Assembly: GCA_950097015.1 (NCBI GenBank)
Contig: CATNEN010000001.1
Coordinates: 24,242,001-24,306,000 of the forward strand
Origin: Macrostomum hystrix
Taxonomy: Eukaryota > Animalia > Platyhelminthes
Length of the DNA: 64,000 nt
Direction: 5' to 3'
In this document: positions 49,961 through 62,993 of the stretch, in pieces
Numbering within the stretch: the first letter of the stretch is position 1
Layout: every line of letters begins with the position of its first letter
The notes under the pieces: model-generated
What the model was told of the DNA's origin: nothing
The model's database searches: none
Seen by the model: the letters and a program-made list of their open reading frames with translations, nothing else
Made by a program: the position numbers and the translations under genes

Positions 49961-52900
49961 ATGTCTGGCACGCCATTGCGCCAACAGATGTCGTTCGCGG
50001 GCGTCGGCACGATGGCTCCAACTAGCGAGCCGCGCGGCGGCGCTGGCGAAGTGTCGGCATTCCGGCGCAAATCAACGCAGCACGCTTCGTTGAAACAGTT
50101 CCGCCAGGTGAAAGACGAAATCAACCAAGTTTATTCCCAGATTTCCACCTACATTGACGAGTGCCTGGAGTTCTTCGGCACCGAGTGCTCAGCTGAGGTG
50201 CCCTGTGCTGTGGGGGGCCCGTCTTCCGCGAAGCTGGAGCAAGATTGCTTCTCCAGAATCCTGACGTCATCGGCTGTGACTTCGGTGACGGACTTTCGCG
50301 CCAAAGTTAAGGGCATTCGAGAGGTGATATCGCGCAACCAAATGAAGTGCGCCTTCTTTGGCCGCACCTCCAATGGCAAGAGTACAGTTATCAATGCCAT
50401 GCTGGGCCGTAAGGTGCTGCCTTCGGGTATTGGACACACCACTAACTGCTTTCTGCAGGTGAGCAAGTGACATTTTGTACACGTATAATTACTCAAATGA
50501 TGCATGTACAGCTGCTGTACCAGTTCCTGAGTACTACTCAAATGGTGCATGTACAGCTGTTGTACCAGTTCCTGAGTACTACTCAAATGGTGCATGTACA
50601 GCTGTTGTACCAGTTCCTGAGTACTAAAATGGTGCATGTACAGCTGCTGTACCAGTTCCTGAGTACTACTCAAACGATGCATGTACAGCTGTTGTACCAG
50701 TTCCTGAGTACTAAAATGGTGCATGTACAGCTGCTGTACCAGTTCCTGAGTACTTCTCAAACGATGCATGTACAGCTGCTGTACTCAGTTCCTGAGTACT
50801 TCTCAAACGATGCTGAGTTCCTCTCTCACTGGCGCACCCCAGGTGGAAGGCACTCACAAGGAAGCGCCGTACCTGATGACGCCCAACAGCTCTGAAGAGC
50901 GGCCAATCGATTCAGTCAGCCAGCTGGGCAGCGCGCTGTCTAACGAGAAGCTGGACTGCGAGTCGCTGGTCAGAATCTTCTGGCCCAAGCAGCGCTGCAG
51001 CCTGCTACGCGAAGACGTCGTCCTTCTGGACTCGCCAGGCGTTGACGTGTCGCCTGACCTTGACACTTGGATTGATCAGTTCTGCATGGACGCTGACGTG
51101 TTTATTCTGGTGTGCAACTCCGAGTCGACCCTGATGAATACGGAGAAGAAATTCTTTCACAAAGTCGGCTCCAAGCTGAGCAAGCCGAATGTGTTTGTGC
51201 TCAATAACCGGTGGGACTGCTCAGACGGAGAAGCTGAATCTGCTGATCTGGTGCGCAAGCAGCATATGGATAAGAGCATCAGCTTCTTGGCTGACGAACT
51301 CAAGACCTGCACCAGGTGGGTTGGTCTCCTCTTTTGTCCTAAAATTAAAAAAATGTAATTAGGTAAACAGCGAGAGAAACTATGCATACACCCGTGTGAT
51401 CAAATGCCTCGTCATCTTATTAGTGTTGATATAGATAGCTTATCCAAAATTAATATATTTTTGTCGCAGATCCGAAGCGGAGTCTCGAGTTTATTTTGTG
51501 TCGGCCAAGGAGGCGCTGGTCAACCGGCTGAAGGAGACCAGCCAGGGCTTGGAGTCACCTTCGCCAGGTAAGCTGGGGTTGTTTGCAGCAGCGTTTTCTT
51601 ACTGGGATTGTATTGCTCTGTCTGTAGATCCAACGAATCGTGAGTATCAGCACAGTTTGTAAAATAGAATTAGACGAGCCTATTTAAACTGATCTGGGCC
51701 GGCGGAAAATGAGTACCTCGGTACCTGTAAAATAGAATTTAATTACCTACAAAAGAATCCGATTTACCTACAAAATGGTATCTGAAAAACGTATGAAATG
51801 GAATCTGATTAACCTCTGAAATGGGATTTGAGTAGCTCGCAGAATGGGATCTGATTAACCACTGAAATGGGATTTAAGCAGCTCGCAGAATGGGATCTGA
51901 TTAACCTCTGAAATGGGATTTAAGCAGCTCGCAGAATGGGATCTGATTAACCTCTGAAATGGGATTGAGCAGCTTGTTAAATGTGATGAGATCACAATAA
52001 TCGTTTGAAATGGGATTTGAGAAAACTTGTAAAATGGGATCTGATTATCCTGTAAAATGGCATCTGATTATCCTTTAAAATGGGATCTGATTAGCCCGCT
52101 GATATCCCGATCCCCAACAGGCTCCCTTGGCTCGCTGGCTGACGGCTGGCAGTCGCGCTACTTTGACTTCAAGAATTTCGAGCGCGAATTCGAACTCATC
52201 CTATCCGAGTCGGCCATTCGCACCAAATTTGCTGCTCATGCTGACCAGGGCCGGCAAATCGCTGGCAGCATGTTCTCCATTCTAGAGGCCGTTTACGAAG
52301 GCTCAGTTGAGGAGAAAGACTCGGCCGTGCGACAGAGACAGGCGCTGCAGCGAGATCTGGAGAACCTGAGAGTTCGCAACGCCAAGGTGAGGACTGGATT
52401 AGCTTTTCCGATTTTTTCAGCCTTACCCTCAAATTTCCAACCACCTAACACGTATTATCATATCCAATCTCACGTGTCTTCTCATATCCAATCTCACGTG
52501 TCTTCTCATATCCAATCTCACGTGTCATCTCATATCCAATCTCACGTGTCATCTCATATCCAATCTCACTTGTCTTCTCATAACCAATCTCACGTGTCAT
52601 CTAATTTCCAATCTCACTTGTCTTCTCATATCCAATCTCACGTGTCATCTCATATCCAATCTCACGTGTCATCTCATATCCAATCTCACTTGTCTTCTCA
52701 TATCCAATCTCACGTGTCTTCTCATATCCAATCTCACGTGTCATCTCATATCCAATCTCACTTGTCTTCTCATATCCAATCTCACGTGTATTCTCACATC
52801 CAATCTCACTTGTTTTCTCATATCCAATCTCACTTGTCTTCTCATATCCAATCTCACTTGTCTTCTCATATCCAATCTCACGTGTCATCTCATATCCAAT

Positions 52901-54705
52901 CTCACTTGTCTTCTCATATCCAATCTCACGTGTTTTCTCATTTCCAATCTCACGTGTCATCGCATATCCAATCTCACGCGTCTTTTCAAATATAATCTCA
53001 CGAATCATCTCAAATATAATCACACGAGCCATCTAATTTATAATCTCACCGTGTTTTTCACACCTTAATGCTTGCGTCAGGTCGCCTCCTAACATTTTTG
53101 CTCACCTTATCGCATAAATAATCTTTTCTGTCATATCACATTGTCATCAATCATCTCACCTGTCATATTATCATAGGTGGCTGCCAGCACGGAGCGCGAC
53201 ATTCGCCAGACCCTGGAAGGCATCGAGCGCAAAGTGGCTGGCACTCTGTCCGAAGAGATTCGCCGTCTAGTAGACATTGTGGACGACTTCGACCGACCAT
53301 TTCATCCGGACAGCATGTCGCTGGTGGTATACAAGAAAGAGCTTAACGAGCACGTCGAGCGCACCCTCGGCCTGCGATTGGCCGAGAACTGCGCCAGGCA
53401 GCTGGCCAAGGAGGTGCGCCGTGGCCTCACTGCGATGCAGGACCGGTACACGGCTCTGGTTGGCCAGGAGACCCGGCAGAGGATGCAGGCGCACGTGCAG
53501 CCGGGCTTGCTGCACTGGGAGCCGGCCTTTCATGTCGATTGTCGGAATATTTGCGCGGACTTTCGAGAGGATATCGAATTCAGATTCTCACTGAGTCCGA
53601 CTGCTCTGCTGGCTAGACTGCAGGTACGGCTGCTAGCGAGAGTTGGAGCCATTTTGGCATTATGAACCGCAGCGGGAGTAGTAGATAAGTATAATCGCAG
53701 CAAGAACCGTAGCTAGAATCGCAGCAAGAACCGTAGCTAGAATCGCAGCAAGAACCGTAGCTAGAATCGCAGCAATAACCGTAGCTAGAATCGCAGCTAG
53801 GACCGTTGCTAGAATCGCAGCTAGCACCGTTGCTAGAATCGCAGCTAGGACCGTTGCTAGAATCGCAGCTAGGACCGTTGCTAGAATCGCAGCTAGAACC
53901 GTTGCTAGAATCGCAGCTAGTACCGTTGCTAGAATCGCAGCTAGTACCGTTGCTAGAATCGCAGCAAAAACCGTAGCTAGAACCTAGCCTAGAATCGCAG
54001 CAAGAACCGAAGCTAGAATCGCGACTCACGACTTTCATTGCCTTCAAAAAATCATTCCAGGGCCGCAAGCCGCAGGACCTGCACCAGGTGTCACTAATCA
54101 GCTCGGCAGCTACCCCGCGCACACCTTCGAACACGTCGGCCGCATTGAATTCTGCCGCAGCCGGCAGCATCCAACATCAGCAGCAGCAGCAGGCGGCGGC
54201 AATGGCTCCGCTGGCTGCCCAGTTTCCGCTGCTGTTGGCCGCATTTCCCTCCCTGATGTCGCGCAACACCCTCGGCGCCGTGGCCGTTGTCGGAGTTGTC
54301 TTCAAAGCCACCGGCTGGCGGGTGCTGGCCATCTGCGGCGCTGTCTACGGCGGCCTCTACCTGTACGAGCGGCTCACCTGGACTGGCCGCGCCCGCGAGC
54401 GCCTGTTCAAGAGGCAGTACGTCGACTACGCCACGGCCAAGCTGCGCCTGATCGTGGACCTGACTTCCTCCAATGCGTCGCATCAGGTGCGCCAGGAGCT
54501 GGTCATGTGCCAGAAGAAGCTGCTCCACGAGGTGGAGTCCGAGGAGGCCGCCAAGATGTCTGAGGCCGAACGTCTCGAGCGGCTCATCCGCCGCCTAGAG
54601 GAGGTGTGCTCAACTGCCAAGCGGCTGAAGAATCAGGCGGCCTTCTTGGACAAGACTCTGGCCAATTTTCACCAGAACTACATCCTGCAGGAGAGGCAGG
54701 ACTGA
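49961..54705 (+). CDS. MFN: Mitofusin (~808 aa); exons 49961-50458, 50843-51315, 51470-51567, 52121-52386, 53177-53623, 54061-54705; alternative ATG at 49922
   Basis: AFFGRTSNGKSTVINAML, PSGIGHTTNCFL, DSPGVD, LNNRWD, TM hairpin, YLYERLTWT and HR2. Exon phases are consistent. Confidence 0.96.
50495..50815. repeat. Minisatellite, 39/42 bp (MFN intron 1)
   Basis: GCATGTACAGCTGTTGTACCAGTTCCTGAGTACT... about 7-8 copies. Confidence 0.93.
51795..52095. repeat. Degenerate ~45-bp minisatellite (MFN intron 3)
   Basis: AATGGGATCTGATTAACCTCTGAAATGGGATTTAAGCAGCTCGCAG repeats. Confidence 0.8.
52455..53050. repeat. 24-bp minisatellite CATATCCAATCTCACGTGTCTTCT (MFN intron 4)
   Basis: About 24 units. Confidence 0.95.
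53690..54025. repeat. 24-bp minisatellite GCTAGAATCGCAGC(A/T)AGAACCGT(A/T) (MFN intron 5)
   Basis: About 14 units. Confidence 0.93.
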
Positions 54706-55194
54706 CCCTATCCGGGATTTCTGGGACAATTTCTTAAACAACGGCCTCAAGTGGGATAAATTTCAGCATGGAAGATGCAGCTAAGACAATCTTAGCTGGT
54801 TGTTTCAAAAAAAAGTATTCATAAAGTGCTCTGCCTGCTTGGCTGCAACTTCCGTCGATTTTCGATTCTTTTTCGGTTCTTAAGTTCGCTGGCTGCTGCA
54901 TAAGGTCTAGAAATAAAATCTGCAAGTGGTGGTCTCAAAATGCTGTTTTTAGGCTTTTTTATTTTTAGTTCGTTTGCTTAGTTCGTTAGTTGTTTCTGTG
55001 CGACTCAGATTCTGCTTTAAAATAATTATCCAGATATGACACTGACCTGGTAGCTCATGTGTCACTGTCATTAGCTTTAGTGGCACTTTTCCGTAATCTT
55101 CGTTCACTGGTCATTTTTGTACAACTCGTCTAGACGGCCCGGTGAAATGGTGCCATTAATTTGAATGCAGAACCCCACAACCCCTTTGAGAGGT

Positions 55195-55970
55195 TGTGCG
55201 CAGAACCAATTTGACCAACAAACCCGCCACCCCATTGTGCGCAGAACCCCTCAACCAACACACCCGCCACCCCATTATGTGCAGAACCCCTCAACCAACA
55301 CACACGCCACCCCATTGTGTGCAGAACCCCTCAACCAACACACCCGCCACCCCATTATGTGCAGAACCCCTCAACCAACACACCCGCCACCCCATTGTGT
55401 GCAGAACCCCTCAACCAACACACCCGCCACCCCATTGTGTGCAGAACCCCTCAACCAACACACCCGCCACCCCATTGTGTGCAGAACCCCTCAACCAACA
55501 CACCCGCCACCCCATTGTGTGCAGAACCCCTCAACCAACACACCCGCCACCCCATTGTGTGCAGAACCCCTCAACCAACACACCCGCCACCCCATTGTGT
55601 GCAGAACCCCTCAACCAACACACCCGCCACCCCATTGTGTGCAGAACCCCTCAATCAACACACCCGCCACCCCATTGTGTGTAGAACCCCTCAACCAACA
55701 CACCCGCCACCCCATTGTGTGCAGAACCCCTCAACCAACACACCCGCCACCCCATTATGTGCAGAACCCCTCAACCAACACACCCGCCACCCCATTGTGT
55801 GTAGAACCCCTCAACCAACGCACCCGCCACCCCATTGTGTGCAGAACCCCTCAACCAACACACCCGCCACCCCATTGTGTGCAGAACCCCTCAACCAACA
55901 CACCCGCCACCCCATTGTGTGTAGAACCCCTCAACCAACGCACCCGCCACCCCATTGTGTGCAGAACCCT
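55195..55970. repeat. 40-bp minisatellite GCAGAACCCCTCAACCAACACACCCGCCACCCCATTGTGT
   Basis: About 19 nearly identical units. Confidence 0.97.
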
Positions 55971-57796
55971 TTGAGCACACAAAAACCGGAGTCATTTTCG
56001 TCGGGCACATTTAGTTTCAGTTTGCGTTGCATTATTCATTTTCTTCTTTATGAAATTGTTGCCTATAATGAAAGTCTTCAGTTATTACTGAAGTAGTTGA
56101 CTGGCTGTTTGTCAAGCTTCCGGTAACAAGCTCATGAACTCGTCTTAGCCATTAATGACAATGCTTTGCCGTCATTTAGTCTGCTTACAATGCGTTTCTG
56201 CTTAGGTTAAAATCATCCTTCACCAAAACCTAACCCGTATTGTGATACTAACTTTCTAGTTTACTCTAATTTAAACTCTAATGCAAATGTCTATTCTTTG
56301 CGCGAGGCAGAAACCGTAGATCTATGCGAGACCCAGCGCAGACAGTGACGCTAGCAGTTTTTTTGAACGCTTAAAATTGTTTTTCCCCGCGTTCAGTTGT
56401 CTAAAGAAACGTTTTTTTAAATAAAAAACTAAATTATTTTCAAACTCAGTCTCTTGAGAAATTAGTTTGTGACTTTGGCGCAGATTGTTCCAGTCCGTCA
56501 AGTCTTTGTTTTTTTAGCTCTTGGATTCAGAAATTTACTTTGAACAGCTGCTCGTCTTTTTAACTTTCATTTTATTTTTTGTTTGCTATTACGAGCTAGT
56601 TTCACCCGAGGAGCTCGTTTATGAAGCTCATTAAACTATGTTGGTTACCGGAATTTCACAGCTTTTTACTGTCACGCAAACACACAATGTACACATTCAA
56701 GCCACAGCCTATTAGCAGTAGAACTACCAAGTGGCTCCCGACAATTTTTGTGCTGCACCCGAACGGAGCAACGCAAGCACACAAAACTCAAGATCACGGG
56801 CCAACTTTTTGTTGCGCATCTTCTGAAACAAGAATCGAGTCGCCAGCTCTTCAGACCGTCGAGATATTCAATTGTTCTGGCCGAAGGTCAGATTTTTCCC
56901 ATAAGCGCTAGTGTATATCATACACCCCTATACACGAATTGGCACTGCGCCTCAGTGCTGCCTTGCCAGGCCTTCAATAATTTTCAGCATGTCACCCGAA
57001 TGTGCCTGCATCATGTCCGTCTTCGGTGGTCACCTACCTTTATCTAGACGGATTTGCTGGACCTTTAAGAGCTACAACAGGTGGAAATAGGCCACTATGG
57101 GCACCCTGACGCAAATTTCTCCTATTTAACTGATAAAGCCTAAATATTAGGCGCAGTTCAACCACAGTACACCATCGTCCTGTCTGTCAACCAATCAGTC
57201 ACCACCCAACGCTGCTAGCATTCAGGTGGGGCCCCTTGGTATAAAAAAGTATATAAACTGCCACAGGAGAGTAGATTACAAAACTTCGTTTCATCGCCCT
57301 CCGTAAAACCACAGCACTCTATTGCCTTAAGTAACAGTTAAAATCTGTTTTAAAAGCAACGTGACGACTTGGGCCCAGGAAATGACAATGAAAAGTTGAA
57401 AAATATTGCGAACAGAAAGCCGCGCAGATTGTAATTTAATAAAAAACGCAGTTAGCAACTACAACAGTCTGTTTTTATGGTGAAGTTTTCTTGTTTATAT
57501 TTATATCGATAGTAACTACGTAGTTTGGGGGTAATCAATGTTATTAGCTTTTGATAATCCACAAGTTACCATATGTTACTGCCTAAATGTGTGGCCTTAT
57601 AAAGTAATGCTTGTCACATTTCACACTTGTACTTATTTATTGCATATTGTTAACAGATAAATCTCTCTCCGTATCCGTGTATAAGCGATGTACGATCGCA
57701 AAATAAGTGAGCGAAATTAAAACGGATTCCATTGGCTAGAATATAAGATAATGAAAGAGTTACTTTGGCATCGACCTATCAGCGCATCCATTACGC

Positions 57797-59432
57797 CTAG
57801 CGCTCTCCTGTGCCATAGTTGGCACCGCCTGCTTTCACTAGCAGCTCCTTGATGTGCGCCTCCGTGAAGCTATCGGCGTTTTCCTCGCCAAACATACACT
57901 CGACAGCGAAGCTCTGAAAGTTTTTGAGAACAAATTTTGTGAGCACTTCGCATTCAGCATGCAGGTCTCACTATTACTGACCAAGGACAGAATATTTTGT
58001 TGACAGTTCAAGGCAAATAGTTCACTTGGGCAACCATTGATCAAGAACTGAACGATTTGGGGGACCATTGGTCAAGAACTGAATGACTTGGGTGACCATT
58101 GATCAAGAACTGAACGATTTGGGGGACCATTGGTCAAGAACTGAACGACTTGGGTGACCATTGATCAAGAACTGAACGACTTGGGTGACCATTGATCAAG
58201 AACTGAACGACTTGGGTGACCATTGATCAAGAACTGAACGACTTATTGGGTGACCATTGATCAAGAACTGAACGACTTGGGTGACGACCTAAAGAATGAT
58301 GAGGAAAGATTGTGAATTTAATCAGCCCTCCAATTTGTTCAGTAACAGTCAGGAATGGTTCCTACTATCAAGTGGCTCACCTTAATGATCTCCTTAACCA
58401 TGGCCTTCTCGGCACCAGTCTTAGCCCGCTTCAAAGGTGACACCCCGGCCCCAATCCAGGTGATGAAGACGAACTTAGCCCGCTTGCTCAGCTCGTCGCC
58501 CGTGTACTGCCGCAGGAAGCCATACGTCCGCTCGTTGTCTATGTTTGGAAAGCGGATTTTGAATTCGATTTGAGCTGATTTCGTACGAGCACACGCTCAT
58601 TGATACGGACGAAGGCACTCGCTTCCGTTCGCTCCTGCCTATTTCAACATTCTTCGACACGTTCGCTGTTCCACTCACCGATAAACTGAGCGCGAAATTC
58701 TTCCCAATCGGAGCCTTTGCCAGCCAACACGATATCGCCGGTTTCGTTGTATTTCAGCACGAGCCTGAGTTGGTTTTAGTTTTATTAAATCATTTTTATG
58801 GATAGATACAGATGGGGGAGATTATATGCGCTGAATGGACGTACATTGGGGCAGAGGTTGTAGACTAAGGGGTGGGTAGAGAGAGAGACACTGAGTGGAT
58901 GTACATTGGGGCAGAGGTTGTAAACTAAGGGGGTGGGTAGAGAGATACACTAAGTGGGTGTACATTGGGGCAGAGGTTGTAGCCAAGGGGGTGGGTAGAG
59001 AGAGAGACACTGAGTGGATGTACATTGCGGCAGAGGTTGTAAACTAAGGGGGTGGGTAGAGAGATACACTAAGTGGATGTACATTGGGGCAGAGGTTGTA
59101 ACCAAGGGGAGGTGGGTGAAGCGAGAGATGCGCTGAGTGGATGTACATTGGGGCAGAAGTTGTAGACTAGGGGAAAAGGTTGTAGGAAAAAGAGGCTAGC
59201 TTATCAAATGTACACTACCTCAATGTAATACTTACTCTTGTAATGAAACGATCGTCATCAGAAAATATTGTTTAAAAAATATAACATATCTTTTCCAAAA
59301 TGTATGTGCAAAACAGTAGAAATCCTGAATATGGAAAAACAGAAAAGTTTCCACTCACCAGTGCGTGTCGGTCTTGTCATCCCTAACGTCTTCATAAGCA
59401 GCTGAGATTTCTTCTTTGGCGATTTTAACCAT
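57797..59432 (-). CDS. COTL1: Coactosin-like ADF-H protein (144 aa); exons 59432-59359, 58764-58679, 58538-58381, 57913-57797; missed by the ORF track
   Basis: AYEDVRDDKTDTHWLVLKY, TGDELSKRAKFVFITWIG, SPLKRAK, KAGGANYGTG. GT-AG introns keep the frame. Confidence 0.93.
58030..58285. repeat. ~31-bp minisatellite (coactosin intron 3)
   Basis: GACCATTGATCAAGAACTGAACGACTTGGGT, about 8 copies. Confidence 0.92.
58830..59175. repeat. ~61-bp minisatellite (coactosin intron 1)
   Basis: GGATGTACATTGGGGCAGAGGTTGTA..., about 6 copies. Confidence 0.9.
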
Positions 59433-59892
59433 TATTTAATACCGTAGAGAATTTTGGTTTAAGACCAGTGAGGGTTGATAGAAAGCTTAACTTTTTGTTA
59501 GCTAGTTAGCGAGTCAAGGCAAATCTGTGACTTGAACTGGTAAACTGCAAACTATTTTATACGCGAGATTCAGAGTGAAATTAAACAGAGCTGGAAAGAG
59601 ATACAGACGACACAAAATCGGGCCATCGCCCCAGCCATGCCTGGCTCAGGCGTGCCAAACAGCAATGGGCCTGTACTGCCTGCCCTACAAAACTAACTAC
59701 AGATGTGAGCTTCAACCACTATCGCACCTGCACTTATAGCCTTTACAAGGCCCTAGAGAGAGGCATGTGAGCCACTCGCGATAACTGCGTGGCGCGTTTC
59801 AGCTCTGTCAGCGCGCGCAAATAACTATGACTACTTCTATTGCATCGGGTCTGCTGTGCAAATGTGGCCATGGTCAGAGACACAGCCCACAA

Positions 59893-60770
59893 TCCAATCC
59901 TTCAGGTTAGCGTCAGTTACTCCCTCCAATCCTTCAGTCCAGCGTCAGTTACTCCCTCCAATCCTTCAGGTCAGCGTCAGTTACTCCCTTCAATCCTTCA
60001 GGTCAGCGTCAGTTACTCCCTCCAATCCTTCAGGCCAGCGTCAGTTACTCCCTTCAATCCTTCAGGCCAGCGTCAGTTACTCCCTTCAATCCTTCAGGCC
60101 AGCGTCAGTTACTCCCTCCAATCCTTCAGTCCAGCGTCAGTTACTCCCTCCAATCCTTCAGGTTAGCGTCAGTTACTCCCTCCAATCCTTCAGTCCAGCG
60201 TCAGTTACTCTCTCCAATCCTTCAGCGTCAGCATCAGCTACTCCCTCCAATCCTTCAGCGTCAGCATCAGCTACTCCCTCCAATCCTTCAGCGTCAGCAT
60301 CAGCTAGTCCCTCCAATCCTTCAGGTTAGCGTCAGCTACTCCCTCCAATCCTTCAGGTCAGCGTCAGTTACTCTCTCCAATCCTTCAGCGTCAGCGTCAG
60401 TTACTCCCTCCAATCCTTCAGGTCAGCGTCAGTTACTCCCTCCAATCCTTCAGGCCAGCGTCAGTTACTCCCTCCAATCCTTCAGGCCAGCGTCAGTTAC
60501 TCCCTCCAATCATTCAGGCCAGCGTCAGTTACTCCCTCCAATCCTTCAGGTTAGCGTCAGTTACTCCCTCCAATCCTTCAGTCCAGCGTCAGTTACTCTC
60601 TCCAATCCTTCAGCGTCAGCATCAGCTACTCCCTCCAATCCTTCAGCGTCAGCATCAGCTACTCCCTCCAATCCTTCAGCGTCAGCATCAGCTAGTCCCT
60701 CCAATCCTTCAGGTTAGCGTCAGCTACTCCCTCCAATCCTTCAGGTCAGCGTCAGTTACTGCCTCCAATC
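59893..60770. repeat. 32/34-bp minisatellite AGCGTCAGTTACTCCCTCCAATCCTTCAGG
   Basis: About 27 units, with a repeated higher-order block of variants. Confidence 0.96.
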
Positions 60771-61329
60771 AATATAGTGTGAATTAATTCGGATGTGAAT
60801 TCAAGAACATTGAGCTGGGTGTCAGTATTCGCGAATCGTTTGTAAGCTTTACATACAGTTCGATCAAATTTCGTTCTCTCTTGTCATAGACACAAACATG
60901 GTCTCGGGTACAGTCATTTGCAAACAGTCTGACTGCAAATGATTTACTTGTAGTTGAATGTGTTTACACTGTCTCGAAGTTAAATTGTTACATTATCAGG
61001 CCAAGGCATCTGGCTTGCCGTGATGAATCTATAGAATTTTATTTTTCTAGAGAATCGGCAATGATAAACAGAAGCAAAAGGGCAATTTTTATATATACGA
61101 GTATATAGTTTAAAGATAATGCGAAATCCGCTTAATTTGAAAAGCTTAGGTCGTAAAAATTAAAATCATTTGTTTATCATGGGGTTGACTGGACTCGAGT
61201 GACACGAGCCGTGGCTTGTCATTAGACAGGGGTTTGTCGGAGCCGGGTGAGTGTACGAGTAAGGCGGGTGTAGGAACGAGATGGCTATTGGAGTGAGGAG
61301 GTTGACTGATTGATCTAGTGTCTGATCGT

Positions 61330-61750
61330 GTGTAGGAGTGAGGCCGGTGTCGGAGTGAGGCGGGTGTAGGAGTGAGGTGGGTGTAGAAGTGGGGCGTTTG
61401 TAGGAGTGAGGCGGGTGCAGGAGTGAGGTGGGTGTAGGAGTGAGGCGGGTGTAGGAGTGAGTCGGGTGTAGGAGTGAGGCGGGTGTAGGAGTAAGGCGGG
61501 TGTAGGAGTGAGGTGGGTGTATAAGTGGGGCGGTTGTAGGAGTGAGTCGGGTGTAGGAGTGAGGCGGGTGTAGGAGTAAGGCGGGTGTAGGAGTGAGGTG
61601 GGTGTATAAGTGGGGCGGTTGTAGGAGTGAGTCGGGTGTAGGAGTGAGGCGGGTGTATAAGTGGGGCGGTTGTAGGAGTGAGTCGGGTGTAGGAGTGAGG
61701 CGGGTGTAGAAGTGGGGCGGTTGTAGGAGTGAGGCGGGTGTAGGAGCGTA
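61330..61750. repeat. 17-bp G-rich minisatellite GGTGTAGGAGTGAGGCG
   Basis: About 24 units. Confidence 0.92.
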
Positions 61751-62993
61751 TTAGACCGCAGCGGTTAAGGAGAAGGATGGATGCATGATATAATTTTGTT
61801 TCGAGCTGAATAAGGTTGGATGCCAACGTTAGGAGAGACTAAATATTTTTGTGCAATCAATTTATATCATCCACTATGTACTCGTACCTCATTTTATTCC
61901 TCCTTGTTAATAATTTCTCTAAACATAAAACTGACGCGTATTCTAACTGTAAGATATTTAAGGCATTCTCATAAAAATGCATCTTTCTAGAGTAGTCCCC
62001 ATGCATCCATGCAATGTCCTGCGGCAGTTAAATGAACAGCGCAAATCCTGGAATGCAGCTGCCTCAAACAATGGTCTCACTCAACTATCCAAGGATAGCT
62101 GCTGGCTTAGCAGGCAAATATTTCTAAATTTGGCTTTCTTTAGGCAAACGGTTCTAGTCATGCCTCAACTATCTACTTCAGATATAGTTTGATTCATTAT
62201 TAGCATTCGTGTCCAGCTGTCATATCTCTACTATATTTGCATTTCGATGTTCGATCTGCGCAGTGGAGCAAGCTAGGTCAATATGAGCACAGCAAAATAA
62301 CTCAGAATTAGTATCTATAATATATTTGGGTGAATATTTTGTTGTTTTTTCGTTGCAAAAAGTCAACTAACGAAGAAGTTATAATAAATTTTCATGGCCA
62401 AAAACCGGCCGTGAAAATGTGACTCGGAAACCTCGTTTTCAGTCTCGCTTCAACTGCTCATTGTGCCATCTTTCATTTTCTGTCTCTCTCTATTGCTAAG
62501 TGTCTATGCTTCGGAGTGAACTTGACATTCCTATATGGGTGTTGGTACTGCAGCCCTATCAGTCTCCATACCTGTCTCTCTGCTTGGTTTACCCAGGGCC
62601 ATTGTCAGGAAAACGCAGTTGTAAAAAAACTCGACAGAGGGAGAGAGAGCTCGGCCGAGAGGCCGCCTGAATTCATTTTGTCAGACAGCGAGAAAACTGA
62701 GCTGGTATTGACCCCTACTCATCTCAGTCCTTTCTTTGCCAAAGCCACGCTTAAACCAAGCACACAGCCAGCGGGAGTCTCTCACCAAGCAGAAAGAGAT
62801 GGAACTGACACAGTAGTCTCACATTGTACTCGTATATTTACAATCAGCGGAGTGTGTGGCATTTCCGCAGTAGGTAGCTAGTATCTAACTAGTCTGGCAA
62901 AAGCTAACAAACAAAATTCTGCTCAACAAAAACATCGCGCAAATTAAAAGTGATTGCGGTGCAGCTCAGCTGTGCCACAAATCGGCGGGAACG

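Noticed and set aside
52387-52995. In-frame His/Ser repeat extension of mitofusin exon 4
   Set aside because: A good GT donor at 52387 splices in frame to exon 5; the open frame follows from a stop-free 24-bp unit.
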